Below are positions 51,101 to 62,093 of a stretch of DNA of 64,000 nt, piece by piece (the first letter of the stretch is position 1; each line of letters opens with the position of its first letter). Position numbers and translations under genes: made by a program. The stretch comes from Ophelia neglecta (Eukaryota): positions 89,404,001-89,468,000 of the forward strand of contig OZ260664.1 in the NCBI GenBank assembly GCA_965285935.1, in the 5' to 3' direction. The notes below the pieces were generated by a model, which was not told the origin of the DNA, searched no databases, and saw nothing but the letters and a program-made list of their open reading frames with translations.

Positions 51101-51651
51101 TATTCGTCGTCAATCCCCACCTCGTTCAGTAGTCTGTTATCAAAATTAGTCACGTCGGATCTAGCGCTCGTGTGGGCATTAAAATCTCCAACCAGAAGAA
51201 AATAATTACTGTCTATATCTTGCGAAACCATAAAAATTTCAAGCTCATCAAACAGTTCTATACTGGAAAACTTAGATTCTTTTGGTGGAATATAAACATT
51301 GCAGATAATTACAGGTTTATCCATTCCTAGGATAGTGTTATCAAGCCTAAACCACTGACAGAAATTGTGATTTGATTGAATAGGGGTTACATGTTCACTG
51401 AATTTAAGTTTAATTGCGCATAATAGGCCACCAGATCTGTGCACTGACAGGTCTTTCCTATTCTGGAAAAACACTGAGAAACCTCTTGCAGAAAATTCTT
51501 TCTCTATAACAGAGATGCAAGTGTTATCTAATTTTGTCTCCTGAACACAGACTATGTCGTAATTACACAATTGATCGAACAATTCTGGTTTACTTAGAAT
51601 ACCACACACATTAATGGTGACTAAGGAAAATTTGTCATATGAGATATTCAT
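48166..51651 (-). CDS. Inner LINE ORF2: APE-RT-CCHC, 1161 aa, intact
   Basis: VQETKL, GDFNAH, SDIH; NYRGITL, DYSKAFD, GVRQGENLSP, YADD; C-terminal zinc finger. Confidence 0.93.
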   Translation of the reverse strand: MNISYDKFSLVTINVCGILSKPELFDQLCNYDIVCVQETKLDNTCISVIEKEFSARGFSVFFQNRKDLSVHRSGGLLCAIKLKFSEHVTPIQSNHNFCQWFRLDNTILGMDKPVIICNVYIPPKESKFSSIELFDELEIFMVSQDIDSNYFLLVGDFNAHTSARSDVTNFDNRLLNEVGIDDEYVNFSDTASELLSYGLPLHRISVDASNDCYYGNRLIDLCKSTSIIMFNGRCGTDAQLGAGTTVHNTIVDYMIGSPILASKIVSFEILDYDPILSDIHKPIIASFISCPIVTPRESVNTESIGEGHSVPYSAWDDVHAKDFLINLDKDKINLVFAQAHAPSPDINSIVKLMTDVMVGSAGKTFPKPTPRASINSSHNSNVNKHVYHFSRPEYKLAKSQYHQAKNTHRRLRLARTGTDLVRKSRALKRERRKAETDASRALRSKLNDLKRNNSKEYWRLLNIKKKGNDIQAALPDLFQHFRDLGQTQSDRLDDNRELTAPENDPGIDFEPLDIPFTADEISIAITKLKRAKACGLYGIINEFIISTKDVFLPIYVLLFNAIMESGQFPEAWSNGMIVPIFKKGDKRNPTNYRGITLLSCMGKMFTSLINNRLNEFCESHNLIKENQAGFRKGYSTIDQIFSLKCIIDIMLFRKEKVFCAFVDYSKAFDMVWRDTLWWKLHSQGLSSNSKLIGVVKSIYANVKSCVCKNGRISDYFLCSTGVRQGENLSPLLFSFFVNDLESYLFSKGNEGVFVDAESVITILLILYADDTAILANTEAKLQKGLDDLAEYCCQWHLCVNADKTKVCVFGKRQSRGVIFNFVYDNRPVEVVNEFKYLGILFTSTGNFAKCKLYLVEQAQRAMFSVLSRCNALKLPIKTRLDLFDTMILPILTYGCEVWGHTNITVIERLHLKYCKYVLGLRASTCSAMVYGESGRYPLEVSIKTRMAGFWVKLATGKQSKLSSTLYRYVYQLFNLDMYSQPWLLFVKSIFESCGCPNLFISQATYVNPVWLKLHLNRKLMDLFIQGWHSDISSRSYCLSYSAYKTMFKFESYLDELPHNLAIQLCRFRSSNHCLPIETGRYKRTPRLERLCTVCNRNCLCDEYHALLECNNDVIVKLRRHYLPPHFCERPSMFKFITLMTDAKLSRKLSIYIRKILSFHCM

Positions 51652-51681
51652 TGTATTGGCCTCTGGTGCTCCATCGTGTCC

Positions 51682-52977
51682 CTACGCCACGGGTTCAGGT
51701 TGACTCTGTAGCGGTGTGTATGGGTTGTAGTTCGGGCCTCTATCGGCAGAGCGGCCGCCCCTCCCACGTTTGTTGCGGGGATTTCCTCGGGGGTAGCCTC
51801 CTTCCTGGCGGCGTGGTGGCTGCGGGCGGTTTCCGGTCGCTCTAGTCTCATTCCTCTGCACTGAGGTGGTCGGGCGCTCATCTTGCTCGGTGTTATGACG
51901 GGAGGTGGGTGGTTGCGTACCTGAGTCAGTCCTATCGCGTACAGGCAACGTCTTTAGCGCCTTATCGGCTGGTGACCGGCGTGGTGCATCTTCAGTTTTC
52001 CCGCGTGGTACCAACACTGTATGTGCAGCCAGTCTGTAACTGTCACCGAGCCCAGGTAGTTCATCCAGTAGTGTTTGGAAGTTTCTCTCCATTGCCCTTT
52101 CAGTATGCGGCTTGGAGCTGCGTATAAAAACTTTCTTGAATTCATCAGAAGTTTGTAAACTCTTTTTATTTCTGAGTATGACCATCTTCTCAGGGAGTGA
52201 GGAGAAAGCAATCTTGACAGGGGCGGGTTTAGAGTCAAAGTTCTGTCGGAGACGACAGATCTGGTGTATGTTTACAGTGACATCTTCACCGGTGATACAG
52301 CGCACCATTCTCCTCACGACTGCCTCCAGGCTTTCGTTTTCACTTTGGGGGATACCATAAGCTATAATTGTTCGGTTACAGTCCTCAATTGGCGGTCCCT
52401 CAAGTTCTTCAACTCTGCTTTGGAGCTGACTGATGTTGTCATTCACTGATTTCAGTTGATCACTAACTGATTTGCAGTCAGTCACTCGGTCCAGATCATC
52501 TATAGTTGTTTCCATTTCATTCATTTTGTCTTCCAGGTAGTTCATCCTTTCCTCCATAAAAGATTGTTTCTCGGTGTCCAGCTGTCCTGTCTCCAGCGAG
52601 TCAATCCGTTTGGAGAGGTTGTCTATGTCTTCGGACAAGGAGCCTTTTATTTTCGATATTTTACTTTCAAAATCATTCATTAGGAAGGTTTTCAATTCAT
52701 CAAATTTTATGTCGAAATATTTCTTGCTCTCCTCTTGACTGCATATCAGCTGTTGAATAAGTTCTCTGGTAGAGCACATGGTTGGAGAACGAGCGAGCGG
52801 GCTTGCTCTGCGTTTCTTGTCAGGGAGTTCACTCACTTCTTTGTAGGATAACAGCAAGCCAGTCGGTGAATGCATAAACTGACCTTCCTCAGAGTCCGAG
52901 CCAGCGCGCTGGCAGAGAGAAATGCTGTCGGCATCCTGCTCCTCCGTGTTAAAAGGCATGGCCGCCGAGTAGTGCAA
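51682..52977 (-). CDS. Inner LINE ORF1 (coiled coil + RRM-like), 431 aa
   Basis: Heptad-rich N-terminal half; RTIIAYGIP..ENE, PAPVKIAF, VFIR motifs; R/G-rich tail. Confidence 0.8.
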   Translation of the reverse strand: MHYSAAMPFNTEEQDADSISLCQRAGSDSEEGQFMHSPTGLLLSYKEVSELPDKKRRASPLARSPTMCSTRELIQQLICSQEESKKYFDIKFDELKTFLMNDFESKISKIKGSLSEDIDNLSKRIDSLETGQLDTEKQSFMEERMNYLEDKMNEMETTIDDLDRVTDCKSVSDQLKSVNDNISQLQSRVEELEGPPIEDCNRTIIAYGIPQSENESLEAVVRRMVRCITGEDVTVNIHQICRLRQNFDSKPAPVKIAFSSLPEKMVILRNKKSLQTSDEFKKVFIRSSKPHTERAMERNFQTLLDELPGLGDSYRLAAHTVLVPRGKTEDAPRRSPADKALKTLPVRDRTDSGTQPPTSRHNTEQDERPTTSVQRNETRATGNRPQPPRRQEGGYPRGNPRNKRGRGGRSADRGPNYNPYTPLQSQPEPVA

Positions 52978-55063
52978 TATGGTTTCTGATGCCAGTATAT
53001 ATGACGCAGAACCACCCAGTCGGATACTGCTTACAGAGGTATCCGGCCTGGCCTAACGTGTACGGGTAGAACACAGTTAAGAATGCTTTAACTGATTGCT
53101 TTCACACCTCGTCTGACAGGAGCTGTAGCGAGCTGTTCTGTCAGGAGACATTCAAATTACTTTTGGGCGATAATAAACAGTCTATTGAAAAAGTTCTTAA
53201 AAAAGTCACTTGTTGGTAAACTCACACATTCGGAATTTTTCCTGCGTGATCCTTGCCCATTCCGCTACCATCAGCTTAGGTTTTATCGTGATCTATTCGG
53301 TATATACACTGAATATGGGGGAGATTTTGGTGCAGCCAAGGACTAACGTCCGTATGTCCCGAGCCGCTGACTGTTTCTGTATAGTAAGGGAGGTGGTCAG
53401 ATATTTGACTAAGTAAGATTCCGCTTAGGGAGTCATAAGACCTCGTAGTAAGTTTGCAAATGAAATTATCTATTAAAGTGCCATTGTGTTTTGAAAACCT
53501 GGTCGGTAGAGTTATTTTAGGAAAAAAACCTTGAGAAGTAATTGTGTCGAAATAATCTGCAAATATCTGCCTTTCATTAATCTTAAGTAGATCAATATTA
53601 TAATCACCTGCAATAATGGCTTCACAGTTTAGTTTCTCTAATTGTACTAGGACATGGTTGAATTCTTCAGTAAAAGTTTTATAATTGTCAATAGTGTCTC
53701 TAGGTGGCCGGTATATATTTCCAATAACAAGTTTCCTTTGGATATTTCCCCCCGTAACTTCCAAGAATTGCCCCTCCCATGCATGTGTATATTTGCATAT
53801 TCCCGAATCTAATATTTTGTAATCATAGGAGTCCTTAAGATAAATAAGTAATCCGCCATGAGCAGAACATATTTTGCCTTGAGAAATGAGATTATAGCCC
53901 ATCAGTTGCAACAATGACGTATCTGAATCCTCAGAGAGCCAAGATTCTTGTAAGCATATAGCACTGAATAGAATATTATTGTTCTCGAGCTGCTGCAATA
54001 AAATTTTGATCTGGTCGAATTTAGCATTAATGCTCTGACAGTTCATACTAAATATACTAAAAGTTTGGTTGACAAAGCACTGGAGAGTTGATCGGTGTCC
54101 ACATATGATGAAAACTTTATGATATCGGGCTCATTATCTGCAGATAATTTGTCATTATTACCACCAGGGTTCAGCAAAATATTAAGGGAATTATTATTCA
54201 AACCCCCAAATGCCCTCAAAAATGCCTCGGAACTATCCATAAACGAGTAAGTAGATAAGTAGAAGGGAGTATACATTTAAGATTACCACCATATAGAGAT
54301 ATTCGCCTGAAAGCAAGCACATGTAGAATAAACAATAACAATGATCTAACAAAAGCACCGAGTCCGCGATTACCAAAAGAAAAAACAAAATACTATGAAA
54401 AACAAAAGAACCGTGGGTCATATACAAGGGGCTCAAATTCGATGGAAAAACAGTCCTAAACTGCAATGCGCACTGATGGCACAGTGTGCAGCGACAAATT
54501 ATCCCATGTTCCCACATACCACCATATACTATCCCAACAGTTTGAAGTAGGTTGCATGGCCAGGCGTGGCCAATGGAGGAAAATCACACATAAATATAAA
54601 ACTTCACAATGTAGCAAATTAAGGGTTATTCGTCAGCCTCGCTAAAGATATATATTAACTTTAGAAATAAACATCAAATGTAAAATAAAGGAGACATCAG
54701 ATTATGGTTCCTTGCGCAATCTTGTGAACAATTCAGACAATTCCATCCAATATATAAATACAGATACAAAACACAGCTATACACTATGCTCTATGTTAGC
54801 CTAAGTGCACGCCAGATATGCAAAGGCAAGACATGTAATTGTAAGACAAAACATAGCTTTACCTAATTTTAAGTTGACTTGGCATATGCCAAAAGCTCGA
54901 CGTACGTGTAAGCTACAACTCTTGGAGAGACCACAGAACAAAGGCATACAATAGCACAGGCAACGGCCATGCCTGACAGAGCAAGGTCAGTAAGCAGTCT
55001 AAGCAAATGCAAGTATTTATGTCCAGTGTAAGGGGGGGGGGGTTATCAAACAACTATAGCGTG

Positions 55064-55841
55064 TTAAAGTAAACACTTATCCTCTTCCTCCTCAGAAAGT
55101 CTGTAAGTCTTTAATGGGCCAGGGCCTGGTGCGTCTCTATACTTTAACATTCTAGGAACAGAAAAGGGTATAAATGCGATGCGCCCATCATCTCTAATCT
55201 GTTTCATTTTATTTCGAAGAATATCCTCCTCTTTCCTGGTGACAGCATCGATGTCATCCGTAATGAAAATTCCGGAGCCTTTTAATGCTTTTGGGGCAAG
55301 TCTCAGGATATTATCCCGGTCAGCCCAGTTTAAGAGCTTGGCATGAATAATGCGAGGACGTGGTTTGTTAGGATCACGTTTTGATGGTGTCCTGTGGACC
55401 CTTTCTATGTTTATATCCTTCAAGTTCAGTTTATCCTCTAGGAGAACTTTGATGTCTGATGTTGTCATTGGTTTCTTGGTGTCTCTCGGCCAGACCATGG
55501 ATAACGATGTTGTTGCGTCTGCCACGGTTGCTCAGGTCCACGATTTTCCTTTTAAGTTCCTTAACATCATTTCTAACCAACGCTTTCTTCTTTATTTCTC
55601 CTATTTCCTGCTCCCTCTGAAAAAGGGTCTCTTCAAAAGATGCCATACTCCTTTCTAAATCAGTTATTCGCTCGTCATTGTACTTACTCTTGGCTTCAAC
55701 AGCCACCATGCGTCTCTCATGTAGGTCCAATTTATTTTCTATGGATGTAACTTTCTGTAAGATCTGTGACAAAATTTCAGCCTGGGAGTTGCCCCCCTGA
55801 GCCTCGGTCGACGAATGTGACATTCTGAAAACTTTTTCCAT
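55064..55841 (-). pseudogene. Outer LINE ORF1 (L1-like coiled coil + RRM), frameshifted
   Basis: RRNNIVIHGLAE, then after a frameshift near 55470 IERVHR...PRIIHAKL...IFITDD. Confidence 0.8.
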
Positions 55842-56030
55842 TAATATTCACAAAAAGAGCTGGAAATTCACTGGATAATTCCGACCACAATTGAAAAACA
55901 GCACCTTAATGCACAATGTATTCCAAAATTTCCTCGGTTTAATTTAATTTAGATGTATAAAATTGGCGATTTAGTGTCCACGCCTGACAAATAACCTCCT
56001 CTAGATATGCATGACCTTCACCTAATTCCA

Positions 56031-57534
56031 GTAAAAGCAGTAAAGAATGCCCCTGTCCCCAAGGATGTATCTCAACTTAGATCATTTCTGGGTATGATAC
56101 AGTATTATCACTCATTTTTGCCAGACTTGGCAACAATTTTGGAACCATTGCACAATTTATTGAAAGATGAAGTACCATGGCAGTGGTCCAGAGAATGTCA
56201 GTTAGCATATGATCATTGTAAAGAATGCCTGACTAGTGAAACATTGCTTGTACATTACAATCAGAATTTGAAGCTACGGTTGGCATGTGATGCTTCGTCC
56301 TATGGCGTTGGATCTGTGCTCAGTCATATTATGGAGAATGGTGATGAGCGCCCAATTGCCTATGCATCTAGGACTATGAGTTCTAGTGAAAGAAACTATG
56401 CCCAGATAGAGCGTGAGGCATTGTCTATAATTTTTGGTGTGAAAAAATTTCATGATTTTTTGTATGGTCGAAATTTTACATTGATCACTGATCACAAGCC
56501 TTTATTGGCTATTTTGGGTCCAAAATCTGGTATTCCAACCATTGCGGCAGCAAGAATGCAGAGATGGGCACTGGTATTGTCGGCCTATGATTATGAGTTT
56601 GAATACAGAAATTCAGCAGCTCATGCAAACTGTGATGCTTTATCAAGACTTCCAAATCCCGAGTCTAGTACTGAGGGTACAGAAAGCAGTGTATTTACAG
56701 TTAATTTTATTGATGAGAGTTTTCCTATTTTAGCACAAGACATAGCAAAGGCTACAAGAGTTAGTCCTGTTCTGAGCAAAGTGTACGATTTTGTTTTAAA
56801 TGGATGGCCTGAGAAATGTACTCATGAAAATTTGAAACCTTATTTTGATAGAAAAGACCAGTTATCATGTGAACAAGGTTGTGTTCTGTGGGGAACTAGG
56901 GCAGTAATACCACAGACTTTCAGAGAACGTATCTTAGATGAACTACATTGGGAACACCCAGGTATTTGTTCTATGAAGGCTCTAGCAAGGTGTTATGTAT
57001 GGTGGCCAAAAGTAGATGAAGACATAGAAACCAGAGTAAAGAATTGTACTCCATGTCAGTCTTTAAGACAGCCACCAGCCAAATTACCATTACATCCATG
57101 GAAATGGCCTAGTAGACCATTCCAAAGGGTTCATATTGATTTTTGTGAATTAGATAAGAAATATTTTCTGATTTTGATTGACAGTCATTCGAAGTGGGTG
57201 GATGTGAAGCACATGCATAGCACTACTGCTGATAAAACTATTGACGAATTGAGATTGATTTTCGCTGAGCACGGGTTGCCAGAAGAATGCGTGTCCGATA
57301 ACGGACCTCAGTTTACTTCAGTTGATTTTTCAGAATTTATGTCCAAAAATGGCATAAAACACACTTTGGTTGCCCCATATCACCCTGCTTCGAACGGCGC
57401 TGCTGAGAGAACTGTAAGATTATTTAAGGAGGCATTTGCCAAACAAGTTGTTGAAGGAAGAAAAGGGTTAACATTGAAACACAGAATAGCAGATTTCTTG
57501 CTGAGATATAGAGTTACTCCTCATAGTACAACTG
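56031..57534 (+). pseudogene. pol: Gypsy pol 3' part: RNase H + integrase
   Basis: LRSFLG, CDASSYGVG, NYAQIEREAL, TDHKPL; HHCC finger; HIDF, SDNGPQF, HPASNGAAER. Truncated after HSTTG. Confidence 0.92.
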
Positions 57535-57809
57535 GGCCGGGTTGTTAATAAAATCTTAGACTTCAAGTGTAAGTTTCGACTTAGACTTGTGATTTCTGAC
57601 TTTGCTAAGACAAGACTTTGACTTAAGTCTAAGACAGTTGTTATAAACGACTTAGACTTAAACTTACGCAAGTCTAAGTCAGAAAGCCAAAGTCGACTTG
57701 AGATCTTCGCCAAGTCTAGTTTTTGTCTATGTTGGTGTGGCCCTAGCTGAAAACGTCACTTCCGCGAATTGTATCACAAGCCTTCTGCTACTGTGGTCGT
57801 CTGCTAAAC

Positions 57810-60800
57810 ATGGCGTGTGCGAAGGCAGTGTGGCCGAGGGCCGTCGAAATTTCTTTAGCATCTGCGGTAGTAGAACGGCACGACATACTTTTTGGGAGGC
57901 ACGAAGGCATGATTATAACCCACTCCAAGAAAAAGGCCGCATGGCAAGCTGTAACAGATGCGGTAAATAGGTAATAATTTAATTTTCTCTCGAATGAAAT
58001 CTACCCGCTAGCATACTACTGCCGCAGCGTGTGTTTGTTTACAAAATGCAAATCCGCCGACACAGAGCTGCTCGGTAGGTTGGTAGCGGACATTGAATTA
58101 TGCGTGTTTATTCAGCAAAAGTTATTTCCACTAGTAAAGAAATATAACCTGGGGGACATCGTATTTTAGTGTGTATATAATTTAAAATTGCCAGTTTGGG
58201 GACTGCTGTATTTTTTCATTTATGGCATTGATTGGTGTCCTAGCCTGTTTCCCAAGGAGGAAGGGGGGGGATATTATTATATATATACTGCTCATATAAA
58301 TGTCACTGATTTGGTTCCTAGCTGATACTGATCCCATTCTGTGTGGGCCTGCATATCATTTTCCATATCTTATGTTAAGGCCCTAACAATATGATATCAT
58401 ATAGGCCTATCAATATTCCTGCATTGATAGGGCAGTGTTCAAATATATCTTAATAGGATGAAATTTCCCCTCTGTTTACAGCTGTGATGCAACCTTTGTC
58501 TGCCAAAGTGTTGACAAGATTATGAAAAAGTGGCAAAACCTTAAAATGGCTGGTAAGTTTACTTGGTTACTTAATAAAAATTCTACTACATGTATATATA
58601 GCGGTAATTATGTCTTGGGTGAGTATAAAATGCACCTTAAACAGGCTATATTTTTAATAATAAAATAATTAATTTAAATGAAACAGAATATATATTTCAG
58701 CAAAAAGGAAAGCCAGACAGAGACTTTCTTCTACCACTGGAGGAGGACCTGTGCAAGATATAACAATGTCTGCTGCAGAAGAGATCATCCTCATATATCT
58801 GCAGGAGAACACTCCTGAAATTTTAGAGGGCATTGCTGGTGGCTGTGAGACCGGTAAGTTATTTCTAAGAGGAGAGTGTTGTAGGTTGAGTTCTGTTTTG
58901 GGTTTGGATTTTTTGGGCTTAACGACACATAGACACCATGCTCATTTAGTGTCTTAAGTTGGGTATAGTTTATTGTTCATTGTACTGTCTATTTTTATTT
59001 ACATGGGGATATTCGTAAGAAGTAAGAGGTTATTGAGCTCTATTTCATAAAAAATCTTCTAGGTGGGTGGGACAGATGTTTTTCTGACTAAAATGTGTTA
59101 GTAAAGGAACATAAAAGGTTAGTTGTTTAATAAATAGATAAAAGAAAGTTCCATAAACTTTCGCATTTTAAAAATGGTTTTCACGTTTAAGATCTACTAC
59201 ATTTTGTAGTAGAGATCCATAGACCTTTCTGAAGTATATCACATAGGCAATATGTTAGTTTTGATAGGATGTTTTACTCTTCATTTGAAAAAGGAAGTGC
59301 ACAATCTCAATGCCCAATGTGGCATTTCACCTACACAGAATATTTATGCATTTTAAAGTGTCTATTTTTATTTTTTGCAGCCAGTGAAAGTATTCTGACC
59401 TATGCCAGCACCGACAGTGGTAGGTTGTTGAGAAATATCTATCTCTATATATTCCCATTATATTATTTAGTATTTCCTATATTATATCACAGTACATCTG
59501 TATAATCAGAAACCCTAAAGTAATTGGTGAAGTATAACTTAATATAAAAATAAATAATGTACATTCATTTGATTTGTATCATACTGTCACTATTATTAGG
59601 TTGCAATTAAACTGTCAATTTGTGAACTTGGTAAGATTGGAAGTTAACAACATATTTCTATATCTCAAACATGGTAAGATATGCATAAATAATGTATAAA
59701 TTGATTTTGCAGTTCCCCCTGAGGGACAACTTAGGCAGCTCATTGAAAAAGTGTCAAGTGAAGGTATGTGAAAAATAGTCCTTCGGCTATTAGGCCATTA
59801 TGTGTGGCATCATGGATAGGGCAGTATCAAAACAGTAGTAAAATAATGTAGAATCCAAGCCAAGGCCCACATGTATGACAGACATTCAAAACCCAACAAA
59901 ATAAAAACCATGAATGCACTTGCGCTTTGAGTGTGATTTAGGAGCATGCATAATAATTAGTTTCTGGTCGTGCCAAGTTCCTATTCTGAATACTATAGGC
60001 CTCATATAGTTGTTGTAACTGGTATTCATTTTTGCATGACAGCGAAGTCGAGAAGTCGCTATCCCCAACCATCCAATCAAGTCTCCACCTTTTAGTAATT
60101 TTACATGGCTAGTTGTACTTCACATTTATCGATTCATCCATTTTTGCCTTATCAGTCTTAAAACTGTGTGTGAGTGTATCATTCTACAATTTTGTCAATT
60201 ATAATGTGAATGCATTATCATGTTATTGTAACAATATATGCGACACATATGAAGCGTTTGGTTACCTCTTATAAATGGCAAGTTCACTCTTATGTTCTTG
60301 GCTCATGCTAACAGAAAGAAGTTCTTGTCTCTTACAGATTCATTTACTGGTAGGAATGAACCATCCCTTTGTGTCTCTGGTAAGTGTATATTGGATATAT
60401 ACTATATTGTCAAGATTACAGCTGTTGTGAAATGATAAACTGAACAAGATGATATAATTGTAGTTGTCAACCTGCTGGGGTGTCAATCGGGATTATCTAT
60501 TTAGGTACATATAAAAGAATAATTTCTGTTTAGATTCTTCAGTCCAACTGAATATGTTCCGCCCAGCAGCAGTTGGGCCTTCCACATCAAGTACACGTAA
60601 GTGTTTTTTTTTATCCCAAAACCAATATTGAGGCATGCATTTTGCTCATAGTTACATGCATCAAATAAGTGCCATGTTATTTATTATCATTTTTCAAGCA
60701 GCACATCTCTATTCGGTTCAGCCATTGCCAATTGACCCCTAATGGTCACTTGTGACTAAAAATGATTCCACCCATGCATGAAATGTTATACACTCAAAAT

Positions 60801-61755
60801 TGTTATTAGAACGTTCATTGTAGTCCCATTTTATTGTAGCTTCTGTTGCCAGCAAGAAGCGCGCTGCATGGGGGTCCAGTACTGGTAACTACACGTTTCA
60901 TGATGCCCCAATTGCACAAACTGTAAAACTTATGTAATTTGTAAAATTTAAATTTCAAAGCTTTATAATTAGCAACTTTTTTTTATTAGCCTTTAATTGT
61001 GCATTTTACAGGTTAAAACAGTCTCTCATATAGGTCCCTGTCATCTTATCTTGATTACCTTTGACCCTATTTATGAAATGCAGGAAATGTAGGGTGGTTA
61101 ACAAATGCCAATAGGCTTTCAATATGTCTTTATAGGAATGAATATTTTCAAACATGTGGTTTTGAAAGTCACATATTGTTTACAGATTGCAAGGATAAGG
61201 ACACTCTGTTGAGGGAGGCAACAGAACTGGAGATGGAGCTAAACAAGTCTCTCAAAAAAAAGCAGACCTTGAATGTGAGCTGCTAACACTAAAAATTAAA
61301 AAAATGAAGGAAGAACTAAAGGTATGGAAATATATTAAATATTCAAGTTTATTGTTTTCAATTCAACATGTTTTCTCAGCGCAGTGCACACAGTGTGTGC
61401 TAATGGACTCATGGCAGCCAACAGTTACCAATACTTTATAGCTATATGCATTTATACAGTGTCCTTTATAACAAATGGCTATATAAACATATTTTGGAAA
61501 TTTAAATCATGCCTCAATTACAAAACACTGTGATGATAGGCAGACTCAGACCATCAAAAGTTAACAAGTTTTTAAAGAAAATAGAGAAGTACACAATAAA
61601 TACCAGTGTGTAACCTTATTCAACTAGTGTGTGTTATATTCTTTCTTCTTGATTCAAGTCAAATTAGTGAGGATAGCAACATGTTTTATTTTCAGGCAGC
61701 CGAAGACAGCGCAGGGGAGAGTGAAGATTTTTTTAGCTTTGCCCAGCAATTTTAA
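57810..61755 (+). CDS. Harbinger Myb/SANT-like DNA-binding protein, ~10 exons (not in the ORF track)
   Basis: Exons ~57810-57970, 58482-58552, 58701-58853, 59381-59419, 59713-59763, 60338-60379, 60534-60596, 60840-60884, 61186-61321, 61696-61755. Motifs ILFG...KKAAWQAVTDAVNS, KKWQNLK, TGGGP, EGIAGG. Apparent 1-nt loss in the A8 run at 61254. Confidence 0.75.
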
Positions 61756-62093
61756 TTTGTTGAATAGTCATTAATTGTTATTGTTGATAATGTATCTAAA
61801 GACCCGTTGTTGTTAATATATTTTTTGTTAATCCATATAAGCAGAGCATATTAAAGAATATTGTAATTTTACAACCACTTCTGTTCTACTTCCAGTCAAT
61901 CCAATATGAAGTTAAGGAGACTATATTTCACTAGACACAATCCAAAATACACACTCCTTAATTTTGAACACATTTAACACATTTTTACAGTAATTCTGTG
62001 CTATCTATCCACCACAAAAAAAAAGCCAATTCCAACCCTCCACACACTTTAAAATGGAATAGCCCTAGGCAAAACATGTGAAAATATATAAAC

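Larger units (their letters stand above)
48064..53377 (-). mobile_element. Full-length RTEX-like LINE with two intact ORFs, nested in the outer LINE
   Basis: ~400-bp 5' UTR, ORF1, ORF2, and a short 3' UTR ending in AATAAACTAAAC. The clade is inferred from the C-terminal IETGRY..R.ERLC..C...DEYH.LLEC finger. Confidence 0.85.
45765..54276 (-). pseudogene. Outer LINE ORF2 (APE endonuclease + RT), split by the nested LINE at 48064-53377
   Basis: APE motifs NCQS, LQESWL, IYRPP, GDYNIDL, SDHLP. RT motifs NYRPIS, DLSKAFD, GVPQGSILGP, YADD. The frame rejoins as HLPYYT|AINNMIH. Frameshifts occur near 54050 and 47600. Confidence 0.88.
45031..56030 (-). mobile_element. CR1/L2-group LINE, near full length, frameshifted, inserted in Gypsy RT
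   Basis: ORF1, APE and RT in order on the minus strand. The 3' end has AATAAA followed by a (TCTGAG)3 tail at ~45031-45060. Confidence 0.88.
42503..57534 (+). mobile_element. Gypsy/Ty3 LTR retrotransposon (Mag-like), interrupted by a LINE and by a Harbinger
   Basis: LTR-PBS-gag-PR-RT (to ~45030) continuing as RH-INT (56031-57534). The 3' LTR is not in the window. Confidence 0.92.
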
